From positions 60,966-124,965 of the forward strand of contig JBBTYQ010000001.1 in the NCBI GenBank assembly GCA_038078555.1: a DNA stretch of 64,000 nt, in the 5' to 3' direction. This document shows positions 18,734 through 28,366 of this stretch, one piece after another. Position numbers and translations under genes: made by a program. How positions within the stretch are numbered: position 1 is the first letter of the stretch; every line of letters starts with the position of its first letter. A model generated the notes under the pieces. That model made no database searches and was not told the origin of the DNA. It saw only the letters and a list, made by a program, of their open reading frames with translations. This stretch comes from Patescibacteria group bacterium (GTDB lineage Bacteria; Patescibacteriota; Minisyncoccia; UBA6257; UBA9933).

Positions 18734-20428
18734 ATGTATATGCACTATAGCATGAATAATTCAAATTTTAATATTAAGGAAAAACTAAAGCAAATCTGGC
18801 AAGCCGGAAAAGAAAGAGAAGCCCAAAAACTTGCCAAAAATTTAAACCAAAACTATCTTGATTTGACAACTGCTTCAATAAACATTGAGGCTCTAGCTCT
18901 GATTCCCGAAGAAAATGCCAAAAAAGCCAAGGCTTTGGCGGTTAGTTTAAAAAATAATAATCTTGCCGTGGCGGTTGTTGATTTAAGCCTGACCGAAACT
19001 AAGGAAGAGATTAAAAATTTGGAAGCCAAAGGATTCAAGCTGAAGATTTTTATAGTTTCTTTAAAAAGTTTTGACTACGGATTTGGTTTTTATAAGTTTA
19101 TTTCCGAAAAAAAAAATCAAATTACCGGAAAAGTAGGGCTGGAAAAAGAAAAATTTTCGGAAATCAGAAAAAAAATTAATTCACTGAAAGATTTTACCGA
19201 ATTACTTTCTTCGGCATATGAAGAAAAAGGTGATGTCGCCGAAATTTTGGAAATAATTTTTGCCGGCGCTTTAATTAATCGAGCTTCCGATATTCACCTT
19301 GAGTCTGAAGAAAAAAGCGTCAATTTGAAAATTAGAGTTGACGGTTTGATGCGCAAAGTTTTTTCCGGAATAGAAAAAGAATTTTATGAACACCTGCTTT
19401 CCAGAATTAAACTGCTTTCCGGTTTAAAGATTAATATTCACGACGAGCCGCAAGACGGCCGGTTTACCATCGAATTTCCCGAAAAAAAAATTGAAACAAG
19501 AATAGCGATTGCGCCGTCAGAATTTGGAGAAGTGATTGTCATGCGCTTGCTTGATCCCGACAGCATTAATATTTCTTTAATTAGTTTAGGATTAAGAACA
19601 GACGATTTAAAAATTATAGAAAACGAGCTTAAAAAACCCAACGGTCTTATTTTAAATACCGGACCGACCGGTTCCGGAAAAACCACCACTCTTTATGCTT
19701 TTTTAAGCCACAAAAAAAATCCCGAAATTAAGCTAATCACCATAGAAGACCCGATAGAATATCACATGGAAGGCATTGAACAAACCCAGGTTGATGCAGA
19801 AAGCGGTTATACTTTTGCCACTGGGCTAAGGTCTTTAATGAGGCAAGATCCGGACGTTATTTTAGTTGGAGAAATAAGAGACAAAGAAACCGCTGAAATA
19901 GGTATTCAAGCGGCTTTAACGGGCCACCTGGTGTTTTCCACGATTCACGCCAACGCTTCAAGCGGCGCTATCCCCCGCTTGCTTGATTTGGGCGTAAAAG
20001 CAACAAGCATCGGCCCGGCTTTAAATTTAATTATCGGACAAAGGCTGGTTCGCCGGCTTTGTCCTGATTGTAAAAAAACCAAATCAATTGAGCCTGACTT
20101 AGAAAGCAAAATCCGCTCTTTTTTAAAAAAACTGCCTTCTCGAGCAAGCGCGGAACAATATAATGATATTAAAATCTATGAGGCTGTGGGCTGTGATAAG
20201 TGCGGCAATTTTGGATATAAAGGAAGAATCGCTATTTATGAGCTTTTAATAGTTGATAACTCTTTAGAAGAATTAATTGCGCAAGAAGCTGGCGAGCCTA
20301 GAATACAAGAGCTCGCCTCAAAACAAGGCATGACAACAATGCAGCAGGATGGTATATTAAAAACGATTTCAGGCATTACCACTTTTGATGAGGTTGAAAA
20401 TGTTACCGGGCCGCTCGAGTGGCAGTAA
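18734..20428 (+). CDS. pilB: type IV pilus / T2SS assembly ATPase (PilB/GspE)
   Basis: ASDIHLE, GPTGSGKTTT, TIEDPIEY, RQDPDVILVGEIRD, TGHLVFSTIH, CPDC...CDKC, GYKGR. Confidence 0.92.
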   Translation: MYMHYSMNNSNFNIKEKLKQIWQAGKEREAQKLAKNLNQNYLDLTTASINIEALALIPEENAKKAKALAVSLKNNNLAVAVVDLSLTETKEEIKNLEAKGFKLKIFIVSLKSFDYGFGFYKFISEKKNQITGKVGLEKEKFSEIRKKINSLKDFTELLSSAYEEKGDVAEILEIIFAGALINRASDIHLESEEKSVNLKIRVDGLMRKVFSGIEKEFYEHLLSRIKLLSGLKINIHDEPQDGRFTIEFPEKKIETRIAIAPSEFGEVIVMRLLDPDSINISLISLGLRTDDLKIIENELKKPNGLILNTGPTGSGKTTTLYAFLSHKKNPEIKLITIEDPIEYHMEGIEQTQVDAESGYTFATGLRSLMRQDPDVILVGEIRDKETAEIGIQAALTGHLVFSTIHANASSGAIPRLLDLGVKATSIGPALNLIIGQRLVRRLCPDCKKTKSIEPDLESKIRSFLKKLPSRASAEQYNDIKIYEAVGCDKCGNFGYKGRIAIYELLIVDNSLEELIAQEAGEPRIQELASKQGMTTMQQDGILKTISGITTFDEVENVTGPLEWQ

Positions 20429-20450
20429 ATTTATAAAAAAGAAAATAAAA

Positions 20451-20591
20451 ACCGCCTAACTCTGTGGGCGTTATGAAACTCTTAATTGCAAAGAGGTTGA
20501 GAATTCCTTCGAGGAGAGGTCCAGCCAAGACCAGACCATCCAAAGTCTAAAAGAAATTCCTTTTGGTTTGCCCACAGGGTTAGGCAGTCTT
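20451..20591 (-). ncRNA. candidate small structured RNA closed by a ~19-bp terminal stem
   Basis: TTGACA-17-TATTAT at 20626-20598; ACTGCCTAACCCTGTGGGC pairs with GCCCACAGAGTTAGGCGGT; U-tract follows. Confidence 0.5.
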
Positions 20592-20681
20592 TAATGTATA
20601 ATAGCACGCTTATTATAAAATGTCAATACCCCTAAAGTATATAAAGTATATTTTAGGCAAACGAATTTCCAATATAGCAAA

Positions 20682-21683
20682 ATGAAAAAAACTGTCAATA
20701 GGACTCAAGACGATAAATATATTGACTCGCTTCTGCGGCCTAATTCTTGGCAAGAGTATATTGGCCAGGAAAAAATAAAAAAAAGTTTAAAAATAATTTT
20801 AGGCGCCGCAAAAAAAAGAAAAGAATCAAGCGACCACTTATTATTTTACGGCCAGCCCGGTTTGGGAAAAACAACCTTGGCGGTTTTGGTGGCTAAAGAA
20901 ATGGGCGCTAATTTAAAAACCGTTTCCGGTCCGAACATCGAAAAAACCGGAGACTTAGCCGCCTTGCTCTCAAATTTAGAAACCCGGGATATTTTATTTA
21001 TTGATGAAGCTCATCGGTTAAGGCCGGAAATCGAAGAAATTCTTTACCCGGCAATGGAATCAAGAAAAATTTATTTAACTATTGGCAAAGGCCCGTCAAG
21101 CCGGATAGTCGCCTTAGACCTCCCTCCTTTTACTTTAATTGCCGCTACCACGAGAATTAATTTGCTTTCCTCCCCTTTGCGCTCTAGATTCGGGGCGACC
21201 TTTAAGTTTGATTATTACGGCAACGAAGATATTGAAAAAATTATTTTACATTCTGCCGAGGTGCTGGGTATAAATATTTTAGAAAGCGCAGTTGCCATGA
21301 TTGCTAAAGCTTCTCGTTTTACGCCAAGGACAGCTAACCGGCTTCTCAAGCGCAGTCGAGATGTCGCTGAAATTAAAAATAATGATTTGATAGACCAAGA
21401 AATAGTTAAAGAAACTTTTCATATGCTGGAAATCGATGAAATGGGGCTGGAATGGCATGACCGTCGCTTATTGGAGGTTATCATTAAAAAATTTAAAGGC
21501 GGCCCGGTTGGCGTTGGAGCTCTTTCCGCTATTTTAGGAGAGGAAAAAGGCGTAATAGAAGAGGTTTATGAGCCTTATTTATTAAAAACCGGCCTTATCC
21601 AAAGAACTCCGCATGGCCGGAAAGCAAGCCTAGAAGCTTATAAATGGCTGGGCGAATTAAAGCAGACAAAATTAATCCATTAA
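20682..21683 (+). CDS. ruvB: Holliday junction branch migration helicase RuvB
   Basis: LRPNSWQEYIGQ, GQPGLGKTT, FIDEAHRL, PLRSRFG, TPRTANRLL, GGPVG, YEPYL. Confidence 0.97.
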   Translation: MKKTVNRTQDDKYIDSLLRPNSWQEYIGQEKIKKSLKIILGAAKKRKESSDHLLFYGQPGLGKTTLAVLVAKEMGANLKTVSGPNIEKTGDLAALLSNLETRDILFIDEAHRLRPEIEEILYPAMESRKIYLTIGKGPSSRIVALDLPPFTLIAATTRINLLSSPLRSRFGATFKFDYYGNEDIEKIILHSAEVLGINILESAVAMIAKASRFTPRTANRLLKRSRDVAEIKNNDLIDQEIVKETFHMLEIDEMGLEWHDRRLLEVIIKKFKGGPVGVGALSAILGEEKGVIEEVYEPYLLKTGLIQRTPHGRKASLEAYKWLGELKQTKLIH

Positions 21684-21795
21684 AAAATTAGAAATAAAAA
21701 GCGCCCGCCCGGCGTTTTTTAATAAACCGCAATAATCCCAAAAATTTAAATCAAGCAATAATTTTTCAATGATTTTTAACATTTAATAATCCTGC

Positions 21796-22263
21796 ATGCA
21801 CAAAACAAATTCTTTTAAGCAAACTCAAAAATTAGCCAAAACGATGGCAAAAAAAATTTCAACGGCAAAAATAAAGCGAAAAAACGCCTTAGTATTTGCT
21901 TTTGAAGGCGATTTAGGAAGCGGCAAAACGACTTTTGCTCAAGGATTTTTAAAAGGTTTGGGTTTGAAAAAGAAAGTCATTAGCCCGACTTTTGTCATCA
22001 TTAAAAATTATAAAATTAAAAAATCGGGAAGCTTTAGCAATATTTACCACATTGACCTTTATCGCATAAAGAAAGCGAAAGAAGCTTTAGATTTAGGATT
22101 AAAGCAAATTTTAAAAAATCCGAAAAACATAATTTTAATAGAGTGGCCGCAAATTATAAAGCGATATTTGCCAAAAAACGCAATTCGTATAAAATTTAAT
22201 CATGGAGAAAAAGAAAATAAAAGAATAATCGTTTTCAATAAAATCGACTTTCACCGGCTTTAA
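21796..22263 (+). CDS. tsaE: tRNA t6A biosynthesis ATPase TsaE
   Basis: GDLGSGKTTF, SPTF, HIDLYR, IEWP. Confidence 0.95.
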   Translation: MHKTNSFKQTQKLAKTMAKKISTAKIKRKNALVFAFEGDLGSGKTTFAQGFLKGLGLKKKVISPTFVIIKNYKIKKSGSFSNIYHIDLYRIKKAKEALDLGLKQILKNPKNIILIEWPQIIKRYLPKNAIRIKFNHGEKENKRIIVFNKIDFHRL

Positions 22264-22281
22264 AAAAATAATTTAATTATT

Positions 22282-23640
22282 ATGAAACTAACTTTTTGCG
22301 GCGGCGCCAAAACAGTAACCGGCGCCAATTATTTATTAGAAGAGGATAAAACAAAAATTTTGATTGATTGCGGCCTTTTTCAAGGTTCTAATTTTTGTGA
22401 AAAATCCAATTTTGACGAATTTTTATATGACCCGAAAAGCATTGATGCCGTGCTCGTTACGCACGCTCATGTCGACCATACCGGAAGGCTTCCGCGTCTT
22501 TATAAATCAGGCTTTCGGGGCAAGATTTATTCTACGCCTCCGACTAAAGAATTCGGCAAGTATTTATTGCTTGATTCCGAGCATATTTTAGCCAAAGAAA
22601 ATGAAGGCAAAAATATTCCGCCTTTTTATACTATTGACGATATTAACGGCACTATGGAGCTTTGGGAGGGGAAAAAATACCACCAAAAATTTAAAATAAA
22701 AAATTTTGAAATAGAATTTTTTGACGCCGGCCATATTTTAGGCTCAGCTTTTATTTTAATTTCAGGGAAAAACGGCAAAAAAATAATTTTTTCCGGCGAT
22801 CTGGGCAATAAAGCTACGCCTTTGGTAAAAGACACGGAGAATATCGCCAAAGCTGATTATGTTGTGATGGAATCAACTTACGGCAACCGGCTTCATGAAG
22901 ATTTGGAAATTCGCAAAAATATTTTAGAAGATTTAATAGAAGATACGGTAAAAACTAAAGGCACTTTGCTTATCCCCGCTTTTGCCATGGAGCGGACTCA
23001 AGACCTGCTCTATGAATTAAATGATTTGGTGGAGAACGGCCGCATTCCCAAGCTTCCGGTTTTTATTGACAGTCCCTTGGCGATAAGGCTTACGGAGATT
23101 TATAAGAGACACGCCAAAGACAAAGATTATTTTGACGAAGAAACTTTGTCCTTAATGCGCCAAGGCGATTCTGTTTTTGATTTTCCCGGATTGAAATTTA
23201 CTTTAACTGTTGAACAATCAAAGGAAATTAATGATATTAAGCCTCCCAAAATAATTATTGCCGGCTCGGGCATGTCTCAAGGCGGCCGGATTCTTCATCA
23301 CGAGATGCGTTATTTGCCAGATAAGAAAAGCGCTATTTTATTTATTGGCTATCAAGCAAAAGATTCGCTTGGCCGGAAGATTTTAGATGGTCAAAAAAGC
23401 GTAAGAATTTTCGGCGAAGAAGTGGCGGTTAATTGCAAAGTGAAAAACATTTCCGGATATTCTGCGCACGCCGACCAAGCAAAATTATTGAGCTGGGTTG
23501 AGCCGGCTCATCACCAACTAAAAAAGATTTTTCTGGTTCAAGGCGAAGAGGATCAATCAGCTTCTCTAGCTCAGAAAATTGAGGATAATTTGGCTATAGA
23601 AACCGCGATTCCTTCTTTAGGCGAAGAAGTTTTGCTATAA
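22282..23640 (+). CDS. MBL-fold beta-CASP ribonuclease (YSH1/CPSF73-like)
   Basis: THAHVDHTG, AGHILGS, FSGDLG, ESTYG, SGMSQGGR, YSAHAD. Confidence 0.92.
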   Translation: MKLTFCGGAKTVTGANYLLEEDKTKILIDCGLFQGSNFCEKSNFDEFLYDPKSIDAVLVTHAHVDHTGRLPRLYKSGFRGKIYSTPPTKEFGKYLLLDSEHILAKENEGKNIPPFYTIDDINGTMELWEGKKYHQKFKIKNFEIEFFDAGHILGSAFILISGKNGKKIIFSGDLGNKATPLVKDTENIAKADYVVMESTYGNRLHEDLEIRKNILEDLIEDTVKTKGTLLIPAFAMERTQDLLYELNDLVENGRIPKLPVFIDSPLAIRLTEIYKRHAKDKDYFDEETLSLMRQGDSVFDFPGLKFTLTVEQSKEINDIKPPKIIIAGSGMSQGGRILHHEMRYLPDKKSAILFIGYQAKDSLGRKILDGQKSVRIFGEEVAVNCKVKNISGYSAHADQAKLLSWVEPAHHQLKKIFLVQGEEDQSASLAQKIEDNLAIETAIPSLGEEVLL

Positions 23641-23647
23641 TAATTTT

Positions 23648-24247
23648 ATGAACAACAATATGTGCCACATAGTTTATAAGTATAAAATTTGCGTTTCCGG
23701 CGCAGCGGAAACCGGCCATTGCGGGCCTGACGCTTTTAGCGCGGCCGAAGAATTAGGCCGGGAAATCGTAAAGCATGATTCCGTGCTTGTGACCGGCGCT
23801 ACAACCGGCTTTCCTTTTTGGGCGGCTAAAGGCGCTAAAGACGCCGGAGGTATTGTGGTCGGGTTTTCTCCGGCTGCTACCGAGCGCGAGCATATTCAGG
23901 ATTTTCAACTGCCTCTTGATTACCATGACCTTATAGTTTATACGGGCTTTAATTATTCCGGCCGAAACTTGATTTTAGTAAGAGCGGCTGACGCGGTGAT
24001 TTTCGGTTGCGGACGCATGGGCACTCTGAATGAATTTACTATAACTTTTGAAGATAAAAAACCTATTGGCATTTTACAAGGCAAATGGGAAACTGATGAA
24101 ATGTTTCAAACTTTGATTGAAAAATCCCATCGCGCCGAAGAGATGAAGGGCAAAATAGTTTATGACACTGACCCCAAAGCGCTTTTAGATAAATTAGTTG
24201 AGGTGATAAAAAAAGATAAAGAAAGCAATCAACATCACGCAAAGTAA
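23648..24247 (+). CDS. LOG/SLOG family nucleotide-binding protein
   Basis: VTGATTG, GRNLILVRAADAVI, GTLNEF. Confidence 0.8.
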   Translation: MNNNMCHIVYKYKICVSGAAETGHCGPDAFSAAEELGREIVKHDSVLVTGATTGFPFWAAKGAKDAGGIVVGFSPAATEREHIQDFQLPLDYHDLIVYTGFNYSGRNLILVRAADAVIFGCGRMGTLNEFTITFEDKKPIGILQGKWETDEMFQTLIEKSHRAEEMKGKIVYDTDPKALLDKLVEVIKKDKESNQHHAK

Positions 24248-24274
24248 TTTTTTAGCGCGTTTTAGTTTAATTTA

Positions 24275-25399
24275 ATGTACAAAAATTTCATTCTGCCAAT
24301 CGGTTTGCTGGCTGGTACAATTATCGGGGCGGGAATATTCGCCTTGCCTTATGCATTTAATCAATCCGGTCTTCTGCTTGGATTTTTTTATTTAATTTTT
24401 TTGACCATTGTTATGATTTTGATGCATTTAATGTACGCTGACATTATTGCCAGGACGCCTAAAAATCACCGCTTTGCCGGTTACGCAAAAACTTACCTCG
24501 GGAATGCAGGTTTTTATTTCGGAATTTTAATGACAATCATTGGAGCGATTTTTTCCTTGGTTGCCTATCTGGTGCTTTCAGTGAGTTTTATAAATTTAAT
24601 CACACCTGATGCTTTAGACAATTATAGAGTTTTAATCTTCTGGTTTTTAGGTTCAATCACTTTTTTTCTCAATATCAGCAAAATAAGCGCTTTCGAATTG
24701 TTTACCGAAATGCCTCTTTTTTTGGTTATTTTACTGATGTTATTTTGGGGCTTAACTGATTTTAATATAACAACTCAGTCTATTTTTGGAGAATCAGGTA
24801 AAATTTTTTTCCCTTTTGGCATAATTTTGTTTTCTTTGGCTGGTCGGGTGGCCATTCCCGCGGTCTTGGGATATTTCCGAAATAACGGCCAATCCGCGGC
24901 TCTGGCAAAAAAACCTATTATTTTAGGCACGATTTTACCGGCAATTATTTATGCTTTGTTTATTGTGGCAGCTTTGTCTCTTGTTGATGATATTTCTCCG
25001 GATGTTGTTTCTAGTTTGAAGGGAATTTTTCCGACTTGGGCGTTATTTGCTTTGGTGTTGGCGGGCGCATTTTCTTTATGGAGTACTTATATTGTTGTTG
25101 GCCGCGATGTAAAAAAAAGCTTGGAGCACGACTTGAATATAAATAGTTTCTTGTCAACGCTGATAGTTTCAATTTCTGCGCTGCTGCTTTATTTCGCCGG
25201 ATTTAATAATTTTATAAGTTTAATTGAGTTAGTGGGCGGAGTTTTTATAGGCTTAGAAGGGATTTTTATAATTTTAATGTGGAAAAAAGCCTCAAAAATT
25301 GAAAGCTCGGAGCATATTTTAACAAAAATCCATCCGATAATAATTTATTTAATGGCTCTTGTTTTTGCCTCGGGGATTATCTATGCTGTGATATATTAA
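24275..25399 (+). CDS. aromatic amino acid permease family transporter
   Basis: GTIIGAGIFALPY N-terminal motif; about 11 TM helices. Confidence 0.85.
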   Translation: MYKNFILPIGLLAGTIIGAGIFALPYAFNQSGLLLGFFYLIFLTIVMILMHLMYADIIARTPKNHRFAGYAKTYLGNAGFYFGILMTIIGAIFSLVAYLVLSVSFINLITPDALDNYRVLIFWFLGSITFFLNISKISAFELFTEMPLFLVILLMLFWGLTDFNITTQSIFGESGKIFFPFGIILFSLAGRVAIPAVLGYFRNNGQSAALAKKPIILGTILPAIIYALFIVAALSLVDDISPDVVSSLKGIFPTWALFALVLAGAFSLWSTYIVVGRDVKKSLEHDLNINSFLSTLIVSISALLLYFAGFNNFISLIELVGGVFIGLEGIFIILMWKKASKIESSEHILTKIHPIIIYLMALVFASGIIYAVIY

Positions 25400-25416
25400 A
25401 TGATATATTAATATCT

Positions 25417-25926
25417 ATGGAAAAGAGAAAACAATACGACAATAAAATAATTTTACCCAGAAGGGAAGAGCATGAATTGCCCAAAGGCAAAGCCGGGCTT
25501 GTTTTGTGCCGAGATTGCGGCGCTTCTTATTATAAAAAATATTGGCATCATAATTTGAGAAACTATAAAAATCCCAAAGAAGACGCCTTGGTCAGATTTT
25601 CTGTTTGCCCAGCTTGCAAAATGATTGAAAATCGGCAGTTTGAAGGAAAAATTGTTGTGGAAAATATACCAGCAAAAATTTTGAGCGACCTAACAAATTT
25701 AGCAGAAAATTTTTGCCGCAAAGCTTATTTAAGCGACCCCTTAGACCGGCTTATTAAAATAAAAAAAATCAAAGAAGGAGTTTTGGAAATTACGACAACT
25801 GAAAATCAGCTTGCCGTAAGACTGGCAAAAAAAATAAAAGAAACTTTTAAAAAAGATAAAAACGAGATATCTTATTCTCCCAGGCCCAGCGATGTAGTTT
25901 ATGTAAAAATATCATTCAAGCTGTAA
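25417..25926 (+). CDS. zinc-binding BCAM0308/NMD3-like hypothetical protein
   Basis: CRDCGASY..KYW, CPACKMI, DPLDRL, ITTTENQLAVRL. Confidence 0.6.
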   Translation: MEKRKQYDNKIILPRREEHELPKGKAGLVLCRDCGASYYKKYWHHNLRNYKNPKEDALVRFSVCPACKMIENRQFEGKIVVENIPAKILSDLTNLAENFCRKAYLSDPLDRLIKIKKIKEGVLEITTTENQLAVRLAKKIKETFKKDKNEISYSPRPSDVVYVKISFKL

Positions 25927-25946
25927 TTTCTTTTGGCTTGTTATTT

Positions 25947-26018
25947 GCGCCTATAGTTCAACGGACAGAGCGCAGGCTTCCGAAGCCTGAGGTCGAGGTT
26001 CGATTCCTCGTAGGCGCA
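25947..26018 (+). tRNA. tRNA-Arg(CCG)
   Basis: GCGCCTA/TAGGCGC acceptor; CAGGC-TTCCGAA-GCCTG; GGTTCGATTCC; CCA not encoded. Confidence 0.95.
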
Positions 26019-26050
26019 CTATTCATAGTAAACTGCGATAATATACGACC

Positions 26051-26317
26051 ATGTATTATTATTTAATTCTTTATTTCTTAGCTGGTATTCTTCAGGATTT
26101 TCTACTCACTCTTAATTGGCGTTTTATTGCGAAAGAAAAAGCAATTCCTGCTGCCGTTTTTTCAGTTATAGTGACCGTTGTCTCAATGTTGGTGTTATAT
26201 AACATTATTACCCAACTTGATAAAGAAAGAAGCATTATTGCAATTATAATTTATGCGCTAGGCATAGGCGTGGGTACGATTTTGGGAATGAAAATGAAAA
26301 TCAGCTCAAAAAATTAA
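26051..26317 (+). CDS. small membrane protein (DUF5698/DUF2179-like)
   Basis: Three hydrophobic helices, YALGIGVGTILG. Confidence 0.65.
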   Translation: MYYYLILYFLAGILQDFLLTLNWRFIAKEKAIPAAVFSVIVTVVSMLVLYNIITQLDKERSIIAIIIYALGIGVGTILGMKMKISSKN

Positions 26318-26430
26318 AGAGTCGTATTAGCGGATTCCTAAAATTTTAAGGTTTTAATAATTTAGTTAGAAGACGTTCTTAAAAAGAAGAAAAATCTTCA
26401 GTTAAAATTGGTTTATTTGGAAAATTTTAT

Positions 26431-26530
26431 GATGAGCCGATTTCTAATCAGTAATAGTGCGGATTTTCGAAAAATCGCCTGCCTGCCGGCAGGCAGGGCT
26501 CATTGCCAAACAGGTGGCTGAGCCGATTTT
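26431..26530. repeat. TGAGCCG/CGGCTCA palindromic repeat cluster, interrupted by a 20-bp palindrome at 26478-26497
   Basis: GATGAGCCGATTT...AAAATCG[CCTGCCTGCCGGCAGGCAGG]GCTCA...TGAGCCGATTTT; homologous to 50051-50129. Confidence 0.75.
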
Positions 26531-26566
26531 TTTATGCTAAAATTATTCAAATAAATTATCTAAGCT

Positions 26567-27541
26567 ATGGAATCATTAAAAAATTTTCCAACTCAATTTG
26601 AATTTGAGCCAAAGATTGAAAATTACAATAATTTAAAACATGCTGAAAAAATTATTGTAATTGGTATGGGCGGGTCTCATTTGGCTGCCGGGCTCTTACA
26701 GTCAGCCTTGCCGGAACTTGATTTAATAATTCATAAAAATTACGGCCTGCCGAAACTGTCTCAAGAAATTTTAGCTAAAAGTTTGATTATCGCCAGCTCT
26801 TACTCCGGCAATACTGAAGAAGTTATCGATGCTTTTAAAGATGCTTTAGGCAAAAAATTAAATTTAGCGGTAATTTCAGTCGGCGGAGAACTTTTGAATT
26901 TAGCCAAAGAAAACAATATCCCCTATGTTCAAATGCCTGATACCGGCATTCAGCCCAGAATGGCTTTAGGGTTGAACTTGATGGCTCTGGCAAAGCTTAT
27001 TAACCGAGATGATTTAATTAATGAATTTAAAGATTTAAAAGATTATTTAAATGGCCTTTCCGTGGACGAGATGAATGAAAAAGGCAAAGAATTAGCGGAA
27101 AAAATAAAGAACAAGATTCCTGTTATTTATTCTTCTGCGGAAAATTCCGCTTTGTCTTGCAACTGGAAAATAAAATTTAATGAATCAGCGAAGATTCCGG
27201 CTTTTTATAATGTTTTTTCCGAACTTAATCACAATGAAATGGCTGGCTTTAGCAGGACGCAAAAAACCAGCAGTCTTTCCGATGGTTTTTGCTTTATTTT
27301 CTTAAAAGATCCAAGCGACCACCCAAGAATCATAAAAAGAATGGCAGTTTGCCAAAAGCTTTTTGAGAGTTATGGCTTTGAAGTTGAGCTAATCGAGCTT
27401 AAAGGCGAGTCTTTTTGGCAAAAAGCGTTTTCTAATTTATTATTGGCTGATTGGACAGTTTATAATTTAGCTGATATTTATGATGTTGAATTTGAGCGCG
27501 TGCCAATCGTGGAAGAATTTAAAAAATTAATAAACGAATAA
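26567..27541 (+). CDS. bifunctional phosphoglucose/phosphomannose isomerase
   Basis: GMGGS, SYSGNTEE, QPRMA, KFNESAK, ELNHNE. Confidence 0.92.
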   Translation: MESLKNFPTQFEFEPKIENYNNLKHAEKIIVIGMGGSHLAAGLLQSALPELDLIIHKNYGLPKLSQEILAKSLIIASSYSGNTEEVIDAFKDALGKKLNLAVISVGGELLNLAKENNIPYVQMPDTGIQPRMALGLNLMALAKLINRDDLINEFKDLKDYLNGLSVDEMNEKGKELAEKIKNKIPVIYSSAENSALSCNWKIKFNESAKIPAFYNVFSELNHNEMAGFSRTQKTSSLSDGFCFIFLKDPSDHPRIIKRMAVCQKLFESYGFEVELIELKGESFWQKAFSNLLLADWTVYNLADIYDVEFERVPIVEEFKKLINE

Positions 27542-27547
27542 AATAAA

Positions 27548-27578
27548 TCAAAAAACCCCCGCATTCGGGGGTTTTTGA
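27548..27578. terminator. bidirectional terminator between convergent genes
   Basis: TCAAAAAACCCCCG-CATT-CGGGGGTTTTTGA. Confidence 0.8.
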
Positions 27579-27596
27579 TATCTAAGCTAAAAGTCC

Positions 27597-28271
27597 TTAT
27601 TCTGTGTGTTCTCTTAGCCGATTAATAAGAGAAGCGGCGTAATCTTTGCCGCCAAGGCCAATGGCGATGCCGCCGCCTAGTGCAATCATTGCGACAATGC
27701 CGGTAATGATTGTATTAAGCAAAACCGGAGCAATGCCAAGCTGCATTAAAGCTGCAACAAAGCCGAAAATGATGGTTAGCCACCAGACTAAAGTCCCCAA
27801 GAATTTTGAGGCATGAAGCCGGGCACTCATTACAGAAGCTCTGATGAGCGATCTTAGGAAATTTGCCACTACTATCGTGGCCAATAATATCAAAGCCGCG
27901 ATAATAACATTGGGAGCGTAGCTTACGACTTCGCGCAAAAATTGCGAAAGTCCAAAGAGTCCCAAAACATCAGAAATAGCCAAAATAATTACGATTATAA
28001 AAAACCAGTAAACCAAGGCTCCGACAAATCTTCCGGAATTGACTTGGAGACCAGCTCTTTCAATATAAGAGGCTAATCCTGATCGGCGGATAAGATTATC
28101 AATTTTAACCATACTGATAATTCTTTCCACTAATGACCCTAAGCCCGCAGCGATGATTAATCCAACGATTAGAATAACCAAAGAGCCTATTAAAGCCGGG
28201 ATAAAATTAATTATTCCGCCCCAGACATTAAGAAGCGAACCCATAGTAGCATCCACTAATTGATTCAACAT
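27597..28271 (-). CDS. MscS TM-helix repeat membrane protein (CmpX-like)
   Basis: Two TM-helix repeats (FIPALIG / YAPNVIIA); GIAIGLGGKD. Confidence 0.8.
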   Translation of the reverse strand: MLNQLVDATMGSLLNVWGGIINFIPALIGSLVILIVGLIIAAGLGSLVERIISMVKIDNLIRRSGLASYIERAGLQVNSGRFVGALVYWFFIIVIILAISDVLGLFGLSQFLREVVSYAPNVIIAALILLATIVVANFLRSLIRASVMSARLHASKFLGTLVWWLTIIFGFVAALMQLGIAPVLLNTIITGIVAMIALGGGIAIGLGGKDYAASLINRLREHTE

Positions 28272-28366
28272 GTTGAAATATTTTGTTTATAATCGACCTT
28301 TTAAATGTGATTTGATTATATTATAATATAAATAAGTTATCAAGCCAATAGTTCTTGTGGATAAGT

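Noticed and set aside
26431-26530. Integron attC site or CRISPR repeat
   Set aside because: No GTTRRRY/RYYYAAC ends, no regular repeat-spacer array, and no intI or cas genes in the window.
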